Shown piece after piece: positions 41,528-50,885 of a stretch of DNA of 64,000 bases. The notes under the pieces are model-generated. The model was not told the origin of the DNA, did no database searches, and was given only the letters and a program-made list of their open reading frames with translations. The translations under genes and the position numbers were made by a program. The stretch comes from a virus (taxonomy: Duplodnaviria > Caudoviricetes), in the IMG/VR virus record IMGVR_UViG_2871003000_000003, positions 101,773 to 165,772 of that record; one strand, written 5' to 3'. Positions within the stretch are counted from its first letter, which is position 1. Every line of letters starts with the position of its first letter.

Positions 41528-42941
41528 AAATAATGCGAGTGCTCAGGCTGAATTAAAGAGGTTAAAAGCACAACTCAGAGATGCAGAAGAAGAAATGCAA
41601 GACACCCGTGATGACCATGAATATGATGTGCGTCAGAATGGTCTGGACGGTTTGAGTGAGGATCTCGATAAGCAGCTGGAGGAAACATTATACGATGTTA
41701 CTCATAATGCTGAAAAGCAGGAACAAGTAATATCTGGAATGTTAAACCGCGTTGTTGGAAACTACCAACAGGCTTATGACAAAATTCAGCAAATCATCAA
41801 CAGTACAGGATTTGTACCGAATAAGGATTTATCCAATAATCTTGGAAATCTTGGTACAAGTAATGGAGCACAAGATCAGGTTGACAACAGCATGACTAAC
41901 GCTCCTAATTATAGACCGGATGATTGGACGGGTGTGAATACCGGTCAGATTCAGAACGGAACAACACAGGATAAGAATGACCAGATTCAAGGCGATATCA
42001 GCAAGAATCCAGACTTATCCAACAGACCTGTTGCAGAAATTACATTAAGTCCGGGGACACTTTCTATACAGGAAGGTTCTACAGGCACAGTTTCAGCGAC
42101 AATTAGACCAAATGATGCAAAAAATAAGAGTTTGCAGTGGGTGTCATCAAATCCAGATGTTGCTACAGTTGCAAATGGAACTGTTCATGCTGTTAAAGCA
42201 GGTAGCACTACTATTAGTGCAATTGCAACAGATGGTGGCGGTGCTACTTCAACAAATAGTTGTGCAGTAACTGTCACACCAAAACCAGAACCACCAAAAC
42301 CAACTACACCACCCCCGAGTAATAATGGTGGAGGAGACGGAGTACCGAATGTTGGAGACAAAGTAATATTCGCAAGTGGAGATTACTACTACTCTTCTGA
42401 CGGTCAGTCCCCTGCTGGAAATGAAATGCGTGGTCAGGAAGTATATATTACCAGTGTTAATAATGCTAATTGGGCACAGAAGAAATATCATATTAGTAGA
42501 ACATCTCGTTTCGGAGAGCGTGACCTTGGTTGGGTAAGTCTTGACCAGTTAAGAGGTTATGCGTCTGGAACAAAGAAATTTGTAAATGGTTCAGAAATTG
42601 TTCGCATCAATGAAGGAAATAATCCTGAAATGATGGTTAGGCGTGGTGGGTTGACAGGAACAGCTACGACAATTACTTATGGTGATGCTGTTGTAAATGC
42701 AAGACTGTCAAAGAACATTATGGATCTTGGTGAACACAAAGATGATATTTATAGTTCACTGAACATTGCAAACAGCCTTGGTGAAAGACCTAATGTAACA
42801 AACAATTACTATGACAAGATGATAGAAGTTCAAGGAAGTATTGACAAGGAAACCTATCCTGGCATGAAGAAAGTAATTGAAGGAGTTACAAAGGAATTTA
42901 CCAAAGAAGCAAAAAGAGCTGGGGTACACAGATCATTTTAA
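41528..42941 (+). CDS. Tape measure protein, exon 4 (Big_2 Ig-like and SH3-like domains)
   Basis: WVSSNPDVATVANGTVHAVKAG Ig repeat; VGDKV...YHI...LGWV SH3-like; GYASGT motif. Confidence 0.85.
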
Positions 42942-43032
42942 AAATAAGCGGCGGGATTTATTGTCCTGCCGCCTGTAATAAATATACACATATGATAAAA
43001 TATATCAAAATATTGTGTATGGAGATAATTAT

Positions 43033-43167
43033 ATGTGTAGTAAAAATGAAATTTCTAATCGTAACGTCATTGTAGAAATATCTTCTACAGAACGTAACGA
43101 GTTTACTAATAACATAAAAGGATGGATTCAGCAAGAATCATCTAATCAAGAAAATCAAGAGGAGTGA
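43033..43167 (+). CDS. 44-aa peptide coupled to the DUF6338-like gene (cassette 2)
   Basis: SD GGAG; MCSKNEISNRNVIVEISSTE...ENQEE*. Confidence 0.6.
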   Translation: MCSKNEISNRNVIVEISSTERNEFTNNIKGWIQQESSNQENQEE

Positions 43168-43172
43168 TCAGT

Positions 43173-43760
43173 ATAAACTGGATTACTGAAATTATAAATC
43201 AATTACCACAAATTCTTTCTTATATTGTTCCTGGATATATATTTTTAACTATATATCAATGGACAAGATTTAGAGATGGAGATTCTCTAAAAAATATTGT
43301 ATTGAAAAGTATTGTGGTATCATATGTTATTAAAATTCTTTTAAACATATTATTTAAAGAATTACATATTGCAATAAATGATGAGATCATATTTGTAGGG
43401 ATATGTATCATAATTGCAACAATTTCTTCTATATTGTTAAGCATAATTATATCATCTCGTAGATATAATAAAATACTGCGGATACTAAATATAAGTCGCA
43501 CAACAAACAAAAACATATGGGATGATGTATATCAAAATGGCACCGCATTAAAGATATATCAAAGCGATGGAACATTTTACGCCGGTCATTTAAGATTTTG
43601 CGAAGAGAATCAGAGAGAGCCACTTGTTGTATTATCAAGGTATGGTCTGTTTGACGAGAATAATAATATCCTCATAGACAAAACAGAGGATAGTTCAGAA
43701 GAAATAATGCTGAATACAAAAGATTTTAAAAAGATAGAGATTAAACATTTTAAAAAATAA
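43173..43760 (+). CDS. DUF6338-like membrane protein (cassette 2)
   Basis: YIVPGYIF, three TM segments, NIWDDV, FYAG. Paralogue of 26404-26988. Confidence 0.7.
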   Translation: MNWITEIINQLPQILSYIVPGYIFLTIYQWTRFRDGDSLKNIVLKSIVVSYVIKILLNILFKELHIAINDEIIFVGICIIIATISSILLSIIISSRRYNKILRILNISRTTNKNIWDDVYQNGTALKIYQSDGTFYAGHLRFCEENQREPLVVLSRYGLFDENNNILIDKTEDSSEEIMLNTKDFKKIEIKHFKK

Positions 43761-43944
43761 ATCATATTATTACTGTGACCGTATAAATTGTTTGACTCTG
43801 TTCTCTAACTAATATTAGAAATAATTTGGAATATTCTGTCAAACGGATATTCCTGTCATTTATGAATAACGAATACACGAAGAGTTGAGAATTTTCTCAG
43901 CTCTTTTTTGATATAAAAATAAAAGAAAGTTGAGGTGAATTATA

Positions 43945-45018
43945 TTGATTCTAGTATGTAAAGATTTTGAATTTGATGAGCAAACTTTGAAACAACAGAA
44001 TCTTTCTTCTGTTAATTTTGATGACGATACTTCCCTTCCATCAACTATTGTGAGGGAAATGGAATCTACTACAATGAATAAATATCGACCAGAGGTGACT
44101 GGATTTGGAACAACATATACAGAAACACTTGTATTTGAAATACATATCACAAAGGATTACGAGGTAAATACATCTCAGGAAGAATTAGAATTATCTACAG
44201 AAGAATATGAGGAAACGGTTTCATGGCTCACATCACCTCAAGAACATAGATGGTTAAAAATCACAACACAGCAAGAAGAAGTTGTAAAAGTAAAGGGTTA
44301 CTTCTCTTCTGTTACCCCATATGAAAATTGGGGAATTTGTTACGGTCTCCGCTGCACATTTACATGTAACTCTCCATTTTCTTATGTAGAAAAACAAGAT
44401 CAACAAATCATTACACGTAGTAAAAACTTTATGTTGCAGAATACAAGCAGCGACAAATACGGATATGTATATCCAGTTATTAATATACATCCGAAAGCCA
44501 CAGAACAAATCTATATCCATAATCTGTCAGACAGTAAAACACTTGAATCTGGCACAATCTCACTACAATCCACAAACAAATTGACGTTACAATTATTGAT
44601 GAATAAAATTGAAAATTACGCAAAAATGAATGGGTATACTCTTGAATATGTATATGACAAAGATAGTCATGTGGTATCTGTATGCAACAACACTGCTATC
44701 CTATTCTATCTTACCGATTCTTACGGAGTGAAGAATAAGTATGGCGCGTACTATATTGAAAACGGGCAGTATTATATTTTTCAGGGAGGATTTTTCTACT
44801 GCCAGGTGCAACGAGACTTACAGTTAAAATTGGATTGCAAAAATCTTGCATTATATGATGAACTTGGACGACCAGTCGTTTTTGAACGTGTTGGGATTCA
44901 AGCAGAGGATAATATTTATTGGATTAGATTAATCAATGGATATAATACAATCAGGGCGTTTGGAAATGTTACTTTAGATATAACTTACTTGGAACCAAGG
45001 AAAGGAGCGCTGATTTAA
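43945..45018 (+). CDS. Distal tail protein (Dit, YomH-like)
   Basis: First structural gene after the TMP; SWLTSP, FTCNSPFSY, WIRLINGYN. Confidence 0.75.
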   Translation: MILVCKDFEFDEQTLKQQNLSSVNFDDDTSLPSTIVREMESTTMNKYRPEVTGFGTTYTETLVFEIHITKDYEVNTSQEELELSTEEYEETVSWLTSPQEHRWLKITTQQEEVVKVKGYFSSVTPYENWGICYGLRCTFTCNSPFSYVEKQDQQIITRSKNFMLQNTSSDKYGYVYPVINIHPKATEQIYIHNLSDSKTLESGTISLQSTNKLTLQLLMNKIENYAKMNGYTLEYVYDKDSHVVSVCNNTAILFYLTDSYGVKNKYGAYYIENGQYYIFQGGFFYCQVQRDLQLKLDCKNLALYDELGRPVVFERVGIQAEDNIYWIRLINGYNTIRAFGNVTLDITYLEPRKGALI

Positions 45019-48000
45019 TTGCATTTTAATTATGATATATACGGAAAGCACGAAAAAACAGTCGCTTACCTTGCCACGCCAAGCAGAGTCATCTTGTGTG
45101 CTATAAATGGAATTGATGAATCAACTGGGAGTTTTGAAGGAGTTTGTAATGATGTGTCTACTATCGCATTTGACGTGAATCGATATATCGAAACTGATGA
45201 TGGTAAGATGACAGAATCAAATGCGTATAACTGGTTGTCCAAATATATGAAGATGTATATATCTGGATTAGGCTGGTTTATTATGGATAGCCCGGAAATA
45301 CATGGAATCGGAACAAAAGAATATAAAAGCATAACGGCTAATTCCGCTCAAGGAGAGTATGGACAAATACCATTGGACGGATGGAAAGTTAATTGCGGAA
45401 CAACTGATTCTTTAGAAATGTTGGTAGATGGAAATGTAGAAGAAATTGAAGGTGTTGAATTTGCAAAGGAACAAATTAAATTCTACAACGAAAAAACTCC
45501 TCAATTAAGTCTGGTTAATATTTTAGTAGATAAAGTACCTGGATGGAAGGTCGGATATATCGATAATATTCCAAAAGAATATGAAACGATTGAAAACGGC
45601 GAGGTTAAAAAGAAAATTGTTTACTTAAAAGACGAAATCGGAACATTCAATATTGATTACAATGATGTGTACAGTTTTATCACACAGGATTTTGAGAAAT
45701 TTTTTAGCTGTATTGTTGAATTCGATTATAAAAATCTTGTTGTTAATTTTTATCGTGTAGAGAATTTTGGAGAAGAAACGAACGTCACAATAGGATATCG
45801 AAATGTGCAGAACTCACACGATATTACTGTAGATGATGAAAATGTGTATACAAAATATCGAGTGTCTGGAGCAGATGATTTAGGAATTGAACAATGTAAC
45901 GGTGGAAGTAACACACTCTTCTATCTCGATCCATTCTGGCTCAACAATAAATATCTTAGCAATTCTACGATTGAAAAATATAAAGCTTGGTTCAGTTTCT
46001 GCGAACAGGCTAGAGTTGACTATTCAAATATGTCTAAAGAATGGAATACACTTCAGGACAAAATAACTGAAATTTATATTCGCATACCGACCGGAGACTG
46101 CGATCCAGATAATTGGCATAGCTTGTCCGATACTGCTCTCGAAGCTTTAAAAAAGGACTATGAGGCGCAGAAACTTGGGTATGAAAAAATATATGTAGAC
46201 GAGGACGGAAATTTTGATATCGATGCTCTTAATGCATCTCCCGATGCAAATATGTATCATCAGATTGTGGATACGATTCTTCCTAATATCCAGATTGAAT
46301 TTGATAATCGAAAATTACCAACATCGGAAGGTGAAAAGGATTATATTGAAGACTATGAAACAACATGGAAATATTATGGTATCAATGAACTTGAAGTAAA
46401 GTTAAAATCTTATCAAGATCAGGCAAAGTTATTAGCCAAAAGCCATTATGATTTGACATGGGAAAGGTATCAGGAACTCACAAAAGAAGATCCGGAAAAA
46501 TATCCGGCTTTAACCGAGGACGGATTTAAAGACAAACATGAACTCTATGAAAAAAATGCATATCAAACAGACGAAAATAATTCTGATTCATGTGCTGCTG
46601 CTTTAAAAGAGCGTAGAGAAGAAGCTAAAACAGAGGAAGATAAACAAAAAAAACTCGGAAAGAAGCGCGCTTCTCTTGGACAAGATATGGCATTAGAATC
46701 TTGGACAAGTGATACTCTAGGTGGTTTTGAAAAGGAAGAATTGGCGGAGCTTTATCACATAACAAACCCTACTCCATATACGAATGAAAATATATTTGTA
46801 GGAAGTCAAGATTCTCTCACAGATATTGTAACTGTACAAACAGAATTATGTAGGATTGCAATGGAAGAATTAATGGCATCTTCTGTTCCTCAAACAACAT
46901 ATTCTACTGATGTGGATAATTTACTTTCTGCAATAGGATCTGAGCTACACGCTCTGTCTTTAGATTTTGGAAACTTCATTTGGTTAGGAATTCGTGATGA
47001 CTATTTTGTTAAATTGAGGGTCATGACAATTTCATTTAATCCATTTCTTTTTGATAATAATTTTTCTATTACATTCTCCAACATGATAAAGTCCAGATCG
47101 AAAAGAAATGACTTTATTTCAATTCTTGGTTCAGGATCAAACCTTGGTGGATCAGGCGCTCGAAATAATTATGTCGGAAATCTGCAACTTACAGACGATA
47201 ATATTTATCAAATCTTACAGAAGATACTTCAGTCATCATCATTCACTAATAAAGTGCAAAATATTGTAAATGGATCTGGAGGAAGTATTATTGGAGGTTC
47301 TGGTGGAAATTACATCACACCAGGAACCCTTGAAGCAGAAATGATTAAATGTATTAATATACACGCCGAGAATGGATTCTTTCAATATTTACAAGCTGAA
47401 CTTATTTCTGCCGGACAGATCGTTGCTCAATCTGGTGATTTCAAAAAACTTGCTACTTATGTTGCGAATATTGATAACTTGATCTCTGGTAATGTTTCGG
47501 CAGAACTCGGTCACATTATTAATTTGACAGCACAAAATGTGACAATTGATGAAGCTGTTATTAAAGATTTGATTGCAGCGCAGATTACAGTATCAATGTT
47601 AAAAGCAGGTACTATTTCTGCAGATAAATTTCAGATTGAATCTGATGACGGTGGAATGGTAATTGCAGGAAATACAATGCAATTCAAAGACAAGAACGGA
47701 ACAGTTCGTATTCAAATAGGAAGAGATTCAAACAATAATTTTACGTTCTGTCTGTATGACGAAACTGGAAAAGGTGTTCTTATTGATTCTACTGGAATTA
47801 AAGAATCTGCAATTGAAGATGGTTTAATCAAAAATGACATGATTGCAGATTCCACAATTGCTAAAGAGAAATTAGCTTTTCAAGCTGTAGAACAAGATAA
47901 CGATGGGAAAATACATGTGTCTGATGTTGTTATTAATGGACAAGGTATCAACGCATCATTCACTACTATCGAAAACAAATTTTCTAATATGCAAACACAG

Positions 48001-48321
48001 ATTGATGGAATTAAAGTGTCTACTCCGTACACAATGAATATCTATTCCTCTAACGGAACGATGTTCAGACCCGGAATGATAAATACTACTCTCTCACCGA
48101 CGTTATATCTTGGTCAGAGCAATATTACAGATATGTACGATGAGACACATTTTATATGGACAAGACAATCTCCAGATTCTGATGGGGATCATTACTGGAA
48201 CACAGCACATGCAAACGGAACGAAAGGTTTGCATATTACAAACGAAGATGTATTCGGAGGAGCAAGTTTTACTTGTTCCTTTTTTAATGAAGATAAAGAA
48301 CTCGCAAGAGCAGTTTTTTAA
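45019..48321 (+). CDS. Baseplate hub/tail spike (Tal, YomG-like)
   Basis: Follows Dit; YTKYRVSG, LDFGNFIWL; C-terminal PblB-like repeats and VRIQIG. Confidence 0.75.
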   Translation: MHFNYDIYGKHEKTVAYLATPSRVILCAINGIDESTGSFEGVCNDVSTIAFDVNRYIETDDGKMTESNAYNWLSKYMKMYISGLGWFIMDSPEIHGIGTKEYKSITANSAQGEYGQIPLDGWKVNCGTTDSLEMLVDGNVEEIEGVEFAKEQIKFYNEKTPQLSLVNILVDKVPGWKVGYIDNIPKEYETIENGEVKKKIVYLKDEIGTFNIDYNDVYSFITQDFEKFFSCIVEFDYKNLVVNFYRVENFGEETNVTIGYRNVQNSHDITVDDENVYTKYRVSGADDLGIEQCNGGSNTLFYLDPFWLNNKYLSNSTIEKYKAWFSFCEQARVDYSNMSKEWNTLQDKITEIYIRIPTGDCDPDNWHSLSDTALEALKKDYEAQKLGYEKIYVDEDGNFDIDALNASPDANMYHQIVDTILPNIQIEFDNRKLPTSEGEKDYIEDYETTWKYYGINELEVKLKSYQDQAKLLAKSHYDLTWERYQELTKEDPEKYPALTEDGFKDKHELYEKNAYQTDENNSDSCAAALKERREEAKTEEDKQKKLGKKRASLGQDMALESWTSDTLGGFEKEELAELYHITNPTPYTNENIFVGSQDSLTDIVTVQTELCRIAMEELMASSVPQTTYSTDVDNLLSAIGSELHALSLDFGNFIWLGIRDDYFVKLRVMTISFNPFLFDNNFSITFSNMIKSRSKRNDFISILGSGSNLGGSGARNNYVGNLQLTDDNIYQILQKILQSSSFTNKVQNIVNGSGGSIIGGSGGNYITPGTLEAEMIKCINIHAENGFFQYLQAELISAGQIVAQSGDFKKLATYVANIDNLISGNVSAELGHIINLTAQNVTIDEAVIKDLIAAQITVSMLKAGTISADKFQIESDDGGMVIAGNTMQFKDKNGTVRIQIGRDSNNNFTFCLYDETGKGVLIDSTGIKESAIEDGLIKNDMIADSTIAKEKLAFQAVEQDNDGKIHVSDVVINGQGINASFTTIENKFSNMQTQIDGIKVSTPYTMNIYSSNGTMFRPGMINTTLSPTLYLGQSNITDMYDETHFIWTRQSPDSDGDHYWNTAHANGTKGLHITNEDVFGGASFTCSFFNEDKELARAVF

Positions 48322-48333
48322 AGGAGGTATTTT

Positions 48334-50823
48334 ATGGCTTTAGCAAAAGCATATAGTTCTATTACAATTACTGATGCTACAGATGTTGGTCGAATTAGCT
48401 TGTATATCACAAGTAGCTTACCACAGACTGTCATCGAAAATCCGAATGAAGCTACGACTGTATATACTCCAGATTGGAGTAAAACAAATTTGGTTCTTAC
48501 ACCAATTATGTATTTTAATGATCAACAGCTTACACTGCCAAAAACAGGTCTTACTGTAACATGGAAAAGACAAGAGGGATCATCTGCTCCAACGGATTTA
48601 AAAACAGGAGAAACTGTAAAAGATGGAGTTCTTACAGTTTCACAGAATTTTCTTGGGACAATTCAAAGCGGAATCCTTACATATATTGCAAATGTACAGT
48701 ATACAGACCCAAGCACCAATGTAACATTAGAGACACAGGCTCAGATGACTTTTTCACTGTCTAAGCAAGCAACTGAGGCAAAATATTGTTCAGTTTCTGG
48801 AGAGTCTGTATTTTTATATAATTCAAATCAGACTTTAGTAGGTGTTGATACTATTGTGTTAACTGCTACTTGTACAAACGTAAATATTTCACAGTGGCAA
48901 TATAAAAATGCAAATGGTTCATTTGTTGCAATGCCAACGACAAACAATCCATCCATTAACGGAGCTACTATCAATATTAAAGCATCGGAAAATATTTTAT
49001 TTAATAATGATGTGGCAGTAATTAAGTTGGTAACAAATGATTCATCTGTATATGACTTACATACAATCACAAAAATCAGAGATGGTGCTGCCGGAAACAG
49101 TACCGTAGCAGTTGTATTAAGTAACGAAAGTCATACCCTTCCTTGTAATTCAAGTGGTGCTGTTAATCCAGACACTGGTTATAAAGGAGCAGAAACAACT
49201 GTAGGCGTATTTGAAGGTGGTGTTGATGTAACATCTAAATGGACTATCAGTGCAGTTCCAAGTGAAGGAATTATAGGTACGTTTGTAGGCAATAAATACA
49301 CGGTAACAAAAATGGATAATAATATTGATGTTGGTCATGTTGAATTTTCATGTGTGTCAAAAGCAACAACTTTGAAAAAGAGATTTTCATTAATTAAACA
49401 GCGTGCCGGTGTTGATGGGTCTGATGCGGTTATTTATTCTGTTGAAGCATCTACACTTTCTATGAATCTTGGAAAGAATAATGTATTTGCACCAGCTAAT
49501 GTAACATTTTCAGGAATGAAGCAAGTTGGAGCAGCAACAACACAAACCGTATATAATGGTAGATTTGTTATTTTAGAATCAACGGATGGTTTAAATTTCG
49601 GAACAGCTAAATATACATCCTCAACAGATGAGCCTAGTAAAGTATACACACCGTCCAACACAACTGTAAGAGCAATTAAATGTGAGTTGTATGCGTCAGG
49701 TGGAACTACAACAAAATTGGACTCACAGACTGTAATGGTTACAAGAGACGGTACTGATGGTGGAAATGGTAAACCGGGTGAAGATTCTATTTCTGTAATT
49801 ATGGGTAATGAAGCAGAGGTCATCCCATGTAATGCAAATGGTACTGTTAAGATTTCAAGAGATATCAATATCCCATTTTATGCATATAAGGGATTAAGCA
49901 GAGCTGCAGTAACATGCACTCCTGGAACTTTACCATCTGGAGTTACTGTAAAAACAAACACAGCCGGTACAACATCTAATGATGGATTGCTGATTATAAA
50001 TGTTCCTGCAGGAAATAACCTCGGTTCTGCTTCTGATTTATCAGGAACATTCTCTCTTACTTTCACTGTAGGTGGTGTTTCTGTTGTTAAAAAATTTGGT
50101 TGGACAAAGAGTATTCAAGCAACGAATGCGGTACTGTTACAGATTTATGCTCCGCAAGGTGATGTAATCGTAAATGGTGGTAATAATGTCGTATTAGAAA
50201 CTCAACTTTCTGACGGAAGTACAATTATCGCTTCAGGCATTACATATAAGTGGGCAAAATTCAAAAGTGGAAATTACGAAATTATTGAGGGGCAGACAAC
50301 AAGTAAATTAACAGTTACTCCAGTGATGGTAGATTCTCTCGCTTCATTTAAATGTACAGCGACATATGGCGGGAAAGAATATATTGCATATTGGACTGTG
50401 ACCGATAAAAATGATCCGCTTGATTTGCAAGTGTTGTGTTCTGTAGGTACACAACTTACAAATGAAACAACTTTTGGAGCGGTGTATACTTTAGCATATT
50501 TAAATGGAGAAGAAATTGATCCAATTAAATCAACTACATTCTCTACAGAAGCTCCAAAGTCTCCTCATACAGGAGACTTCTATTATCATATTGATAAGGT
50601 AAAAAAAGAAGTTGTTCTCAAGAAATATAATGGATCCGCATGGGCTGATGCTGCAGAAAGTGATTTACCAACTGGAGTTTATAAGTATTACAGACGGCAA
50701 AATGGAGTCGAGCTTGACACAGACAAAGAATGGAAAACAGGAAAAGTTATTTTTGTCGATAGAGAACTTGTAAATAAGAATCTGGTGATTAATTGCGAGG
50801 CAGAAATTTCTTTAACAACATAA
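48334..50823 (+). CDS. Tail/baseplate structural protein (Ig-like repeats)
   Basis: YTPDWS, LSNESHTLPC and GNEAEVIPC repeats. Confidence 0.65.
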   Translation: MALAKAYSSITITDATDVGRISLYITSSLPQTVIENPNEATTVYTPDWSKTNLVLTPIMYFNDQQLTLPKTGLTVTWKRQEGSSAPTDLKTGETVKDGVLTVSQNFLGTIQSGILTYIANVQYTDPSTNVTLETQAQMTFSLSKQATEAKYCSVSGESVFLYNSNQTLVGVDTIVLTATCTNVNISQWQYKNANGSFVAMPTTNNPSINGATINIKASENILFNNDVAVIKLVTNDSSVYDLHTITKIRDGAAGNSTVAVVLSNESHTLPCNSSGAVNPDTGYKGAETTVGVFEGGVDVTSKWTISAVPSEGIIGTFVGNKYTVTKMDNNIDVGHVEFSCVSKATTLKKRFSLIKQRAGVDGSDAVIYSVEASTLSMNLGKNNVFAPANVTFSGMKQVGAATTQTVYNGRFVILESTDGLNFGTAKYTSSTDEPSKVYTPSNTTVRAIKCELYASGGTTTKLDSQTVMVTRDGTDGGNGKPGEDSISVIMGNEAEVIPCNANGTVKISRDINIPFYAYKGLSRAAVTCTPGTLPSGVTVKTNTAGTTSNDGLLIINVPAGNNLGSASDLSGTFSLTFTVGGVSVVKKFGWTKSIQATNAVLLQIYAPQGDVIVNGGNNVVLETQLSDGSTIIASGITYKWAKFKSGNYEIIEGQTTSKLTVTPVMVDSLASFKCTATYGGKEYIAYWTVTDKNDPLDLQVLCSVGTQLTNETTFGAVYTLAYLNGEEIDPIKSTTFSTEAPKSPHTGDFYYHIDKVKKEVVLKKYNGSAWADAAESDLPTGVYKYYRRQNGVELDTDKEWKTGKVIFVDRELVNKNLVINCEAEISLTT

Positions 50824-50885
50824 AATTGTCATTCACGGAGAGTAGGAAGCACTACTCTCCTATTTTAATATAAGGATGGTGAAAT

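Noticed and set aside
28264-41594. Treating the four TMP ORFs as separate genes or a pseudogene, or the inserts as group II introns or inteins
   Set aside because: Group I P1/P7/P10 elements and in-frame junctions are present. There is no GUGYG start, domain V or RT, and stop codons rule out inteins.
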